Shown: piece by piece, positions 36,310 to 48,347 of the stretch
How the letters are laid out: the number at the start of each line of letters is the position of its first letter
Numbering within the stretch: position 1 is the first letter of the stretch
DNA from: Diplonema japonicum
Taxonomy: Eukaryota > Protista > Euglenozoa: Diplonemea
NCBI GenBank assembly: GCA_964019335.1
Contig: OZ025724.1
Coordinates: 372,001-436,000, forward strand
Direction: 5' to 3'
DNA length: 64,000 nucleotides
Translations under genes and position numbers: made by a program
Notes under the pieces: generated by a model
Databases searched by the model: none
The model's input: only the letters and a program-made list of their open reading frames with translations
What the model was told of the DNA's origin: nothing

Positions 36310-36860
36310 CCTCAGACTACGCAGATATCAACAGGAAGAGCAACCAGCACGGCAGGAGCGACCAACAAAACCAACAGAGTTCCTGGGTCCCCCCTTTTGT
36401 ACCTTTTTACCTTTGCTTTTGCACCGGCGTCGGTCGAAGTGTTGGCTGGGGTGTTGGTGTTCCAGGGTCGAGTGTCGCGGGTGCAGGTGTGTCAGGAGAC
36501 AATGGCTCAGGAGTCGGTCGGAGAGTTGGCTGGGGTGTTGGTGTTGCAGGGTCGGATGACCAAGGGGCAAATGTAAAGGGTGCCCCTGAATCAGATGTAG
36601 GTGTATCAGGCGGAAACGTTTCGGGAGCTTCGGTGCGCACAGTAGGTGTTCTTGGTGCAAATGATTTGCCGGGCGCTTTGTTTTGGCGTGGGCGTGGGCG
36701 GAGTGGGTGTCCAAGGTGCTGATGTCGGGGGTTCCGGTGTTGGGGATGCTGGCGCGTCAGATGTTGTAATCGCAGGTTCGAGTATGTCCGGCTCTGATGT
36801 GTGCATGCCACAAGTGCCCCTCATACAAGCCAGTAACACTAGAACTATACATGCATGCAT
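36310..36860 (-). pseudogene. Frameshifted Pro/Thr-rich mucin-like surface protein
   Basis: Signal peptide (36860), PT-rich region continues in another frame (36407-36680), hydrophobic segment after a stop; internal PTPQPTLRPTP duplication. Confidence 0.55.
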
Positions 36861-37289
36861 GTGACCCCCCTAACTGTGGTTGCGATAGGAAGAAAACAAA
36901 AAGAGGAAGGTGTAAAGTAGGAATTGTTGCTTACAGAATTCGGGTTAACTCTTTGCAGCACCTACCCAATGCTTTGTTAACTGTGGACTCAGCAGGACTA
37001 CGCGGAACAGCAACCTTGTGGCCGGCCCTTGCTAGGGTGCATTTCTTTGACAGCAAAAGCAAGATGTCCTCTGCGACCCAATGAGTCCAGGGTGTCCTCA
37101 AGTGCCTCCTCTTACTTAGATGGCGCAGGACCGGGAACCTTACCCCGAGCTACGCCGATCACATTTCTCTTATTCTATGACGGCATGTGGTTTCCAAAAA
37201 GGAGAAAAGAAGGGGGGGAGAGAGAACAACAAACAAGGTACAAAGAGAACGAGGAAGAAGAAAAATACAAAAACAAAAAGATCGATATC

Positions 37290-37964
37290 TCACAATATTA
37301 CCCTGTCGCGTGGTGGGGTGCTTTCAATGATAGCACTGAGCCGGTCGATGCACTCATTCTGGTTAAGGATGATCTGCTTGAGGGAGGCGACCTCCTCCGG
37401 TACGCTAGTCTGAGGTGTCAGCGAACGCTCGATAGAAGTGAGGCGTGTGTGGTTGTGCTGAAGAGCTCTGCCGGACGCCTCGAGGTCTGCTTTGATACGT
37501 TCGAATTCTGTTTGGATACGATCGCCTGCTGACGGCGTGGCATATGAACGCGACAGGACAGGAGTCTCAGATGGACACGGTGTTGCAGAAAGCACAGGCG
37601 TAACAGGGGTAAAGACAGATGGTGCCGGCGTCGCTATAGGCATTTCCAACGCAACAACATCAGGAGCTACAGGTACAGGGAGCGGGGACAACACAGGTGG
37701 CTGCACAGCGGCAGGCACCGCAGGCGGCGGCGGGGTTCTCTGCATCGATACCAACGCTTGCTTCCTCTTCGGCGTAAGCAAGCAAGGGCTCTGCTCCCCT
37801 ATCCTCCTCGTCACTCCATACGCTGGCTCCTTCTCTTTCCCCTCTCCTCCTTTCCCCAACCCATTTATCACTTTTCCCACCACACTGAACCCTTCCAACC
37901 GGTGCAGCTCTTTATCTTCCGCCGTCCGCTCGGTCTCTATCTCTTCCACCTCCACGGTGTACAT
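37290..37964 (-). CDS. Hypothetical Pro-rich/coiled-coil protein
   Basis: 224-aa ATG ORF on the cluster strand; heptad-like C-terminus. Confidence 0.6.
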   Translation of the reverse strand: MYTVEVEEIETERTAEDKELHRLEGFSVVGKVINGLGKGGEGKEKEPAYGVTRRIGEQSPCLLTPKRKQALVSMQRTPPPPAVPAAVQPPVLSPLPVPVAPDVVALEMPIATPAPSVFTPVTPVLSATPCPSETPVLSRSYATPSAGDRIQTEFERIKADLEASGRALQHNHTRLTSIERSLTPQTSVPEEVASLKQIILNQNECIDRLSAIIESTPPRDRVIL

Positions 37965-38245
37965 CGTGGGGCCTGATTGTGCTTAGGGGATGAAGTGGGG
38001 GAAAAAAGTGTTCAATATATATCGGAAGGCAGGGGTTCGAAATAAAGAAGAAAAAAAGGAGAAGAGGACACGGTCATTTCTTCCGCAACTTTCTTCCACC
38101 TGTCACATCCTTTGTGCAGATTATAACTTCGGTGGAGAACAAACGAAAAAAAGAATACTGCAAGTTAGGTTTGAGCGGCGACAAGCTAACAGCTCGACGA
38201 TACGCCCTGGGGCTGTGAACTTGTGTCAGTACAGAAGGGGACAAC

Positions 38246-38333
38246 TGCCCATCAGCTGCTCAGCGCCTCATGTGAAACGGGTGCATAAGTTGCTTAGACC
38301 GCCTCGAGGCACTGCGCAGCGTCACACAGGCAC
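38246..38333 (-). promoter_or_regulatory. Candidate SECIS element (elongated)
   Basis: GUGAC core (38325-38321) opposite UGAU (38254-38251); gctgcgcagtgcctc pairs with gaggcgctgagcagc; ~180 nt 3' of the selenoprotein stop. Confidence 0.65.
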
Positions 38334-38515
38334 CCCTTAGTGCCCTGCACAAGCCCAGCCAGGGACCACCGGCTCCTACTCTAAAGATAGAAAAGTAAAG
38401 AGGGTCATGTGACTGTGCTGCACAGCGTCCCTCGGGAAACAAAAATTAACTAAGTATCCAGCAAAGAAAAAAGGGGAAAGGAAGAAAACCCATTAAACTG
38501 CAGCAGAGGTCAGGA

Positions 38516-39163
38516 CTACTGCTCATCATCACTATCATCCAACTTTGAGTCCCCGCAGGTGCAGCAGCAGCAGAACAAGCTAAGGTATCCCAGTGTTCTG
38601 GGCTTCACAACACCCCTTGAGCCATTCGCTAACGGCGTTCCCTCACTCCCCTTCGCTTTGATTTGGTTCCAAATGTCAATGATGTCGGGCCTCCCTGCAG
38701 CACCTCCCATAGTGCTGGCTGAAGGGACAACCTTCCAGCTGTACAGGACTGCCATCGACTTCAGGTCCATGAAGAACATAGCTGGCTGGACGCAGCCGTG
38801 AGGGTAGTACTTCTTGGAACCAATCTTCGGGTGCCACGGCTGGTCCTTGTGCGTCAGCACGGGAACCCCTTCAATGTACTTCTTCGCCATCACCTGATTC
38901 ACGATTATGTTCTCTGGGTCACCTAAGAGCTCCACCTCCACACCCCAGTCTTTCATTGTTTTCGTGCATGTCTCCTGCGGTTCGCTGCACACTCCGTACA
39001 CCTTCATCTTCCTCTTCGCCATAGACGCCTTCAAGCTTTGCAGCTTTTGGAAGAACGTCTTGCAGGCAGGTCACCAACCTCCCCTGTAGAACACCACGCC
39101 CACCATCGCACGCTCTTCCGTCAGCGTGATTTGTTGCTCCAACCAATCCTCCTTGTAACTCAT
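38516..39163 (-). CDS. AhpC/TSA (peroxiredoxin-like) selenoprotein, UxxC, 215 aa
   Basis: ATG at 39163 after poly-A, in frame with ORF 38516..39034; codon 31 is TGA within VVFYRGGW-U-PAC; later GDPEN and QPAMF motifs. Confidence 0.88.
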
Positions 39164-39831
39164 TTTTTTTTTTTTTTCCCTGTTGTGGTTTCAGTGTGGT
39201 GATGAACGAAGCGGGAGGGGGAGAGGAATGCCAAGAAAAAAAAAAGAAGGGAAACAAACAGAAATGAGACGCGTGAAGAAATGAGACGCGGAAGTGAGAG
39301 GATAAAAGAAACTATTTCATTGTCGTGATGTCCCCACTCAAAGAAATGGGGGGGGGGGGGGGGGGGGGGTAGGCAGGCTTCCCCCCTTTGTTTTTCGTTG
39401 TGCCTGTTTAAAAAAAACCTTTTTACCAACTAACATAGCTTCCGCGATTTAGTTCCATAAATTTTGACAAATATGTAATGTGTCATAACTAGTCCCGATC
39501 CCATCATTGCCGACTGCATAACACTGGGCAAGAAAAGAGAAACACCATACCATGCCCCATGTATCGAGATTTATTTGGCATTTATCAAAACAAATTCTTG
39601 ACTTCGAAGTACCGTGGCAACCACGCGACCTCATTAGTTCCAAAGAAGTGTTTCCTACCTCTTGTTTCCTACCTCTTGTTAACACTTCTTTGCCCCTTTG
39701 GACTCGAAATAAATCGCGGAAACTACTGCGGTAAAAAGATGATTTGTAACGCTGCCAAACATTTTTGTCATAGTTACAACAACAAGTGTTTCTATTCACA
39801 TATAGCAAGAGGAAAAAAAAGGAAAAAGAAA

Positions 39832-40412
39832 TTGGAACGTTATTTGCCAACCACGATGAACGATGGACACAATGCACAGAGAAGCCCCCAAGAGACCCAA
39901 GGGTTTGGGACGTAAGGGTTGGGGGAGGGGAGGGTGGTGACCCAGCAAGCCTTGTGTGTGGGAAGAACACACAGGAAGTAGGGACACCACAAGATATTAA
40001 GAGAGAGCCAGTGCAGGGGAGAAAAAGGAGAGAGAAACTCATCACCTTTGCTGATGCATGCAGCACGTGTGACTCAATCACATCACATTCTGGTGTGTTT
40101 TTTTTTTTTTTTTTTTCTTTTTGTTAAATATCAGAGCATGTTCATCTCACTTTCCTTTCCTTATCTTTTCTTTCTTGTTTTGCTTTCTCTTTTTTTTTTT
40201 TTTTTTTTTTGTTACAAATATTTATCTTTCAAAAAATGATTTTATAACTATATGCAACTTGTGCCGAGCAAAAAACTTTCGCAGCTTTTTAAAAATCTTT
40301 TTTGCTCGTGCGAACAACAAAAAAGTAAAATGCCGCCGAAGACTGCCAAAGCGGGTGGAGAGAGGGTTGGATCACCCGCGAACAACAAAGACATATAGTC
40401 ATAAAGAATTAT

Positions 40413-40461
<49 letters not shown>

Positions 40462-42192
40462 CTCAACACCTGCGATGCCTGCTGCCTTGTCCCTTGCGAT
40501 CTGGGCAACCTTCTTCACAGCGGCCTTGAAGGCTGGACCCCTCTCTGTGTAGTAGGCTTCGAGGGCGGCCTCCATGTCGAAGGGAGGCAGGTCGCTCTTG
40601 GAGACGATGGGGAGGCTGAGGTAGGAGGACTTGATGTGCACCGTGTTCTGGGCCAACAGCTGCTTCCCCTCGAAGTCTTCCGTGAGGGGGAGCCCGTTGT
40701 TCGGGTTGGGCTGGAAGCGTGGGGCGTTCGACGATGACACTGAGAGGCGCACCCTGTGGCCCTTCGGGATGATGTACGAGGTGTTCCACATGCTGATCTC
40801 CACACCGTACACGGTCCCAGGAACCATCGGCTTCGGCGCCACCCCTCCTGTCGTCCCGTCCCTCCACCTCATCCGTGCGATCCCGTCGTTGATGAGCAGA
40901 GCCCGCCCGTCTGGGTACAGGTGCGTCAGCTTCGCCGTGAAGTCCGTGTCTGTCGCGTTGCTCTCCACCTCCAGCCAGGCCCGCAGGGGCCCCGTCATCA
41001 CCAGGTCCTCCCCCAGAGGGCTCGACGCGAACACCAGAACATCCGTCCGGTTCTGCTCCACCACCCGCTGGTCCATCGCCCCACACTTGATCATCAGGTT
41101 GTTGCCCCCTCGTGTCTCCACAGGCCTCGACGGGTCGTACACATAGGAAAGTGGCGCCTCCTCTGTAGCCTGCTGCTCCGACAGCACCCCTCCACTCCTC
41201 AAATAGTACTTCCTCTCCGTGAAGGACGGGAACCTCTCCACAGTGCTCCAGTAGTTCCCAGGCCCGCTCTTGTCCATGCCCCCAGATGAGTCCGCCGACC
41301 CCAGCACGAACAGCGTGATGCCCTTGATGCCTTCAGGGAGCGGCTTCCCCCCGAAGAGGTCGAGTGCCATTGAAATCCCCAACTCTGACTTCGGGCTTTC
41401 TGCCTCGTACACAGGGCAGCTCCACACGTCGCAGTGCCCACAAGGACCTACCACCATGTAAGTCTTGCTGGGCCCTTCATTGTAACAATCGTAGGCTGCC
41501 AGGTTGCCTTGCAAAAAGATGTCGTACCACCCGGCGAGCAGCACGGCAGGGAAGTCAACCAGATCAGCACACTTCCCTGTCATGTTCACGGGGTTCCACC
41601 ACTCTCCCGGGAATTCATTTGCACGTGCTTCATGTCTCAAAGCTGGGAACTGCCTGGGGAAGATCGCAGCAAGCCAGCCATTCGTGAGGGAGTCTCTGAA
41701 GGCCCCACCGGGGAACACAACGTTATGTGCAAGCATCGAAGCGAGCATCACGAACTGCTTCTTCAGCCACTGTGGCTTGTCCATCACAGAAAAGATGGAA
41801 CCCAGTCCGTCCGAGGAGACACCTGTTTGGTAGACGTCGCCGTTGGCCCAAGGCTGGCCTGCCAACCACCTGAAAGAGTCGTAGCTGTCATTACCTGAGG
41901 TCCTCCACAAGGAGAAGTCCTGACCTTTCGAGTCGCCACTCCCACGCATGTCTTGCCTCACTGCACAGTAGTCGGGGCCCAGTGCCTCCTTCATCGCCAC
42001 TACGATCTCCTCTGTCCCATGGTGCGTGTAGGTGCTCGTCTCGAAAAGGATTGTCTTCTTCGTGCTCCCCTTGTCCAGGTCGCAGTTGATCCACGTCGAC
42101 AGGTTGAACCCATCACGCATCGTGATCATCACCTTCTGCTCCTCGCATAATGCTGTGCACAGCAGCGCAGCCACAGCGGTCGCTCGCAACAT
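39832..42192. repeat. Segmental duplication, near-identical block, copy 1
   Basis: Matches ~53233-55605 including intergenic DNA. Confidence 0.95.
40456..42192 (-). CDS. Secreted CocE/NonD family hydrolase (peptidase S15-like), copy 1
   Basis: MRDG, QDMRGSGDS.G, GVSSDG, GWYD, GPCGH, YDPSRPV.T.GG, DTDFTAKL, GHRVRLSVSSSN.PRF. Confidence 0.92.
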
Positions 42193-43050
42193 TCTTGTGT
42201 TCTACTGTGAGGCGCGTTGAAAGAGGTAAGAAGATCCATTAGAAAATCACAAAGGGCTATCATGGGGGAAACCGTAGGGGTAAAACAGTTCAGGTGTTCA
42301 AGTTGCTATAAAACTATTTATAAAGTAGCAAAAAAAAAAAAAAGAAAAAAAAAAAAAAAAAAAAAACTCAATCACATAAAAATAAGCAGGGGTGAGACGA
42401 AAAAAATATAAAGAAAAAAAGAGAGAAAAAAAAAAAGCAAGGGGGCAGGGACAGGGGACTTTTTTTACGTGTGGAAAAGAAGAAAAAAAGGGGGAAACTA
42501 AAGTTTTGTCCTGAAAGGGAAGTTTTTTTTAAGTTCCTTTTTCCAACCCCTCTTCCCTAGGAAAAACAAATCACAAAGAACGAAGGGGAGGGGGACAGTA
42601 CGGTACGGAAAAGACGCATTAACTTCTTCTTCTTTTTTTTTTCCCCCTTCTTCTTATCTTCTTCATCCCCTTTAGTACTATCTTTCATCACGCGCGAAAT
42701 GTTCCTCTTTTTTATTTGTTCTTGTTTCAGGCACAGCTAACACAATATGAGTGCGAGTGCCGCTACTGTAGATACTAGCAAAAGTCAGAGACTAGCGTCA
42801 CCCGTGCCAGGTTATCCAGCGGCCGAAGGGCGGGGGCATGATGAAAAACCAGGAGGGGGGCACAACATACTTTGTGTGTGATATCACCCAGTAAAAGGGA
42901 AACACACAAAGGGGGGAAACTAATAAAGAACACAAAAAAAGGGGGGGGAGAAGAGGAGGGAAAGAAATACACAATCAGAAGAAGAAAGAACTCGTGTTTT
43001 AATAAAATTGCAACAGGGCTGCCGAGGTCGAGAAGCGCAAGTGTGTCTGC

Positions 43051-46000
43051 CTACTCAGCAATCACATCATCGTCACCGACGTCGTGTTCCTGTGGTGGTG
43101 TCTGCTGCTGGGTGTGGTGGCTGCATACCTTTTGCTGTAGTTCGGCCTCGAGGCCTTCCGCCAAGAAGACGTGTTCCTGCAAAGGTTGTGTGTGTCATAA
43201 GCTTGCATACATATTCATTAATAGCGTTGCCTGTGTAGGTCGCCTTCGGTGCCTTCCTCATCTTAACGAACAGCAGGACGGTCCCTACAAGCACACACGC
43301 AGCCATCCCCCCGATCACCGCATACAGCACCCATCCCTTTTTGCTGTTATCATCTTCTGCAGGCTCCTCCACAGGGGCCTCTCCAGTGGTGTTTGGCGAC
43401 ATCGTCACTGGGATGTGCGTCCCAGGTACCGCCGTCTGCATAGGGGCGTAGGTCTCATTGTCAGAAAGTGGGGCCAGCGTGGAAGGCGTTACAGTCCTAG
43501 GTGCTGCAGTTGGAACAGTCGTGTGGGGCGGCATCGTCTCCGGGATGTGCGTGGACGGCACTGCTGTCTGCATGGGGGCGTAGGTTTCATTGTTGGAAAG
43601 TGGGGCCAGCGTGCTGGGTGCTACAGTCCTGGGCGCCACAGTGTTAGGAGCCACAGTGTCAGGGGCAACAGTGGTAGGTGCCATGGTGTCAGGTGCACCT
43701 GTCGGTGGTGCATTCGTGTGAGGCGGCATCGTCACTGGGATGTGCGTGAACGGCACTGCTGTCTGCATGGGGGCATGTGTCTCATTGTCAGGAAGTGGGG
43801 CCAGAGAGCTGGGTGTCACAGTCCTGGGCACCATGGTGTCAGGGGCCACAGTCTTAGGGGCCACAGTGTTAGGAGCCACAGTGTCAGGGGCAACAGTGTT
43901 TGGTGCCTTGGTGTCAGGTGCACCTGTCGGTGGTGCATTCGTGTGAGGCGGCATCGTCACTGGGATGTGCGTGAACGGCACTGCTGTCTGCATGGGGGCA
44001 TATGTCTCATTGCTAGGAAGTGGGGCCAGAGAGCTGGGTGCCACAGTCTTGGGCACCATGGTGTCAGGGGCCACAGTCTTAGGGGCCACGGTAGGAGCCA
44101 CAGTGTCAGGGGCAACAGTGGTGGGTGCACCTGTCGGCGGTGCATTCGTGTGGGGCGGCATCGTCTCCGGGATGGTCGTCGGCACTGCTGTCTGCATTGG
44201 GGCCACAGTAGGGGCTAAGGAAGAACTAGGCTCACTTGTCGGTTGCAGGCACGGCATAAGCTTCCCAGATTCTGTCCCTGCCACGCTGTGGTGCTGCCAC
44301 GTGCCATCCTGTGGGCTGCCATTGCCCGCCGCCCAGATAAAAGTGATATCTTTTGCAAACTCCATCGTGTAGGGCAATTCAGCTGTATCCCCTTGTGCTT
44401 GGAGGGGCCTTGCGAATATCACTGTCTCTGTGCTTGCGAAGATTTCATTCTTAGGAATCTGAGTTGTCTTTCCCAATTGAGGCCGCCCATTGCCCGTCCC
44501 ACTGAAGAAGAAGTTCAGGAGGCTAGGGTCAGTACGCTGGGCGTCATTCCATGAAGCAACGTACATGCTGCGTTGGCTCATCCCCGAAGCAACGTTGCCG
44601 AACCCGATGCCTATCCAGTCGAAGGCCCGGTCCCGGAAGCTGATTTCGAACTGAACGGCTGGCCGACCGTCAAGGATGCCTGACGTGTAGGACACAGTCA
44701 TGTAGTTGTTAGACATCAGTGGTGTCAAATAACCGCAGTCGGGAACAAATAGGCTCGGGCCTGCTGTTGGGAGGAAGTGCGGTGCAGTGGTCTCGGGTGT
44801 CTCTGTGGCCAGAAGAGGCGACAACGAAGGGATCAGTGTCATTGGTGCAGGCGTGATGCTGGCGAGGCAAGGGCCTGTGGTGCATGCAGGTTCCAGGTAC
44901 TGTCCACACCCACCTGCCACCTCGAGGATCTCTACAATGGGCTCAGGGCTATTGGGATCACAGCCGCCTTGGAGGATGTACTGAGCAATGCAAAGCTGTG
45001 CATCATCAGAAGCACAGTCACCATGGGGCGCAGCTGTCATGTTGGTCGTGTTGCAGTACCCGCCTGCAACACAGTCAAGAGTATCAAGGCATTGGCAGAG
45101 ACCCTTGGAGTCCATGGTGAGGTTCATAATTGGCTCATTCCCCGTCACATTCACGTAGTGGCTAGAGCACTGCTGGTGCATGACAGGCTTCGTATTGCAC
45201 TTTGGGATGAAGGTTGTGCTGAGGTCGCAGACCCTCATCGTGTTGCACTGCTCGTCGTCTTTCGAGTACCAGATGTCGCCTTGTGCCAGGCAAGAGTACA
45301 GAGCGTTGCCCCTAACGGCCCACTGGTTGTCAAAGCTCCACGTCTGGCAGTCGGTATCCTTCTTGAACTGGTTGGGACCGTCAATCAGGCTGCACGACTG
45401 GTCGAAGGTGTACATGAACTCCAAGTCATCGCATGTCATGTACTTGTGTTCGAGCTTCTTAGCTGTTTGGTTGTATGTCCTCTGGTAGATGGTCTCGTTG
45501 TGCGTCATGCAGCATGATGGTTTCGTGGGGTCGCTGGTGTCACAGTTCGCCACAAAGCTCCCCCTCCCAAACACCTCACAAGTCTTCTTCGCACAGTAGG
45601 TTTTGACGGAGGGAAGGTAATCGTTCTTTTCGCTCATGATCTCACCGTGGTCCACAAAGCACGATCGGTTCCCAGCGGGGATCTCCTTTGCCACACCGTT
45701 CAGATTGGCGCACATCTTGTCCGCGTCACACGTGGTGCCGTCCATGTCCGTTGTGACATGGTTCTTCGCACAGCCGGGGAGCCACTCTGCGATGTTGTCC
45801 TTGATGCAACTGAACATAGCGTCGCAGAGGGGTTTCCATGACGCTTGGGCTCCGTAGATGTTGACGAAATCACGCAGAGCTGCTACTTGGCATGCTGACG
45901 AGTCATCGCAGTCTTCTATGGTGCCGCACACTGCCGTGTTGTAACTGTCGGTGTAGGTGTCAGTCGTCGTGTTGTGCTTCGTGTCCACAGTGTTCCATAT

Positions 46001-47167
46001 GCACGCACCGCTCTTCCCGCAGTTCGCTGTGCCTCTCCTGTTGTTCTCGCAGTACCAGTCGTTGTACTTTTGGAAAGGCACACCGCAGGCGCCGTTTGCC
46101 TTATTGTCCTCCTCCAGCCACCACGAATCGGGGTCGATGTCGCCGCCAGCACAGGTCGCCGGGTTGCGCAGCCCGTAGTACGCGATGCGGTAGTACTTGA
46201 CGGAGAGTGCGGTGGCCGACGGGCACCAGTTGGGGTTGCAACTCTTATCGCAGTGGTGGCTGTACTTGCATGACGGGCAGAAGTCTGCTGCACATGTGAA
46301 GGACCCTGCGAGGAATTTGGCGCACTGCCCTTCACCGTACTGCTTGTCGTACACGTTGACACAATAGTCTAGGTTCAAGGCAGAGGTTTCTGTATTCCGT
46401 GTGAGCGGGATCATAGTTCCATTAACGTCATCGATGATGCCGATTGTGGTCCACTTGTCATTGTCCGAGGAGCGCTGCACCGTGAAGTAGACAGGGTCCC
46501 TGTTGGGGTGGTCATTAGCCGTCACGAGCTTGATGGACGAAATGGCAACTGGGGAGGCGAACTCGAAGTTAAGCATCGTGATTTTGGGGTCGAAGTACTT
46601 TGTGTTGAAATCGCCGTCCACAACCATAGAGGGCTCCTCCCCATCAGGGGTCGTACCGTTGATGGAGGCGCTGGGTGAGAGAACCGGAGCGCCGGTGGTG
46701 TCGAAGAACATGACTTCGGAGAGTTGGACGCCTGCTTCACGCAACCCGCTGGTAAGCCCGCAGGTGTCGACTCTGCACTTATCGATTTGCTCTGCTGTAG
46801 GAAGGGTGCTGCAGGTTTCGTTGCATGACAGGACACTCTTCGCAGCGCACCCACATGATGAGTTGTCGCACTGCAAGAACGCAAAGTCCAGCAGCGGCGC
46901 CGCTTTCAACGCGAAGGCCCTCCCACTGCATTCCCCAAACGACTTCGCACAGTTGAAGTGGATCTGCGTCTGCGGGGTGGCAATCCTTGCCTTTTCCTCT
47001 TCCGTCTTGTTCGCCATTTCATATGCGTACCTTGCAGCCTCCCACGACACACCCCTCGGCGCCAGCAGTGCCTGATGCATCCTCTTCAACCACACTTCCT
47101 TCTGCGGCGTGAGGTCGAACCCCGCGCATGCAGTGAGGACTGCAAGCAGTACCAACACTACTTTCAT
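43051..47167 (-). CDS. Large type-I surface protein: F5/8C-like, Cys-rich, DOMON, mucin repeats, TM; two probable micro-introns in the tail
   Basis: Signal peptide; VDGDFNTKY...TANDHPNRDP; WIGIGFG...M...FIWAAG; TM WVLYAVIGG...; spliced stop TAG at 43051. Confidence 0.82.
43370..44215 (-). repeat. Intragenic mucin-like tandem repeats
   Basis: Five copies of APMQTAVP with nested 15-nt TVAPx units. Confidence 0.9.
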
Positions 47168-47417
47168 ATTTTGTTTCTTGTCTTAATCCGATAGTCCTGA
47201 GTGTGATGGAATAAAAAAAAACCCAGTTTACAAGGACTAGTAGAAGCAGTCACGGCCATGTGAAGAATATGTCGAATGCGATTTGTTGCTCAAGTGGGTT
47301 GATATGTGTGGGGACCGTCAGGAGAACCAGAAGTTGCTCGAGAGGAAGCTGAAAACAGCCTTAAGACTGAACTATGGACGATTTCATTCTTGATATCGCG
47401 CCTCTCTCAAACGATAT

Positions 47418-47468
<51 letters not shown>

Positions 47469-48347
47469 GGCTTTTTTATAACTCAAAACAATAAAAGAAA
47501 AGATGAAAAAAGGCACATAACACATAATAAGCTATGAAATGGCTGATGGAGCAGACTGCAGGTTTAGGGCAATGAACCCCTTTCCTATAATGAATATTTT
47601 TAAATAAAAAAAAAAATAATAATACCTGTTCAGCGACAGCATTTAAGGTATGAGGCCGAAAACTCTTTACATCGTAGAGTGCTGCTGGACAGTGTGGCAC
47701 TAAAGAATGGAGCGTTGGCAGAAGGAGGAAAGAGACAAACGAAAAAAGAAAAGAAAAAGGTGTCCGACGTGCATCACACGTGTGCAGATTGCGAGTCCCT
47801 TTTGCTTCGGGTTTCTTGATCGCTCGATGTCTTCATAAAGTGCAATCACTTTATTTCAGTACAATGCCAATACAATCCAAGAAAACTGAAAAGAAGAAGG
47901 GAAGGGGGAATTCACTATGGGGGGGGTGTAAAAAAAGGACAGAGTTGTGTTGGCGCTTGTATGCAACCTGCTAGGGAGGTGCAGCAAGCCCACTTCTTTT
48001 ATTTTTCGTTTTTCTTTTTTTTGAATTGCCTTACCACGCCTCTCTTGGCGAGGACAACTACTAGATGGAGTGTTCGTTCACTTACTATGTAAAGTGAACT
48101 CAAGAAGAAGAAGAAGAAGAAGAAGAAGAGAAGAAGAGAACAGAACGAAGAAATAACAATGGACCGCAGTACCACGTTCCCTTCCAGACACGCACGAGAA
48201 CCACTTCCCACTTCAGCATAGGTAACAACTCTAAACGCTTGCAAAGAGAAGGAGAAAAAAAAAAGAAGAAAAAGCCTTATTGAGGTAATAATAGTACCAA
48301 GTTGACTTTAGACATTACAGGGGCCGAATGAGCACTCTCAAATATTT

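Noticed and set aside
39071-39073. Genome-wide UGA reassignment as the explanation for the in-frame TGA
   Set aside because: TGA terminates several other genes in the window and Trp is encoded by TGG
43370-44215. CRISPR-like repeat arrays (also 55910-56320)
   Set aside because: In-frame coding repeats without unique spacers; no cas genes; eukaryotic context
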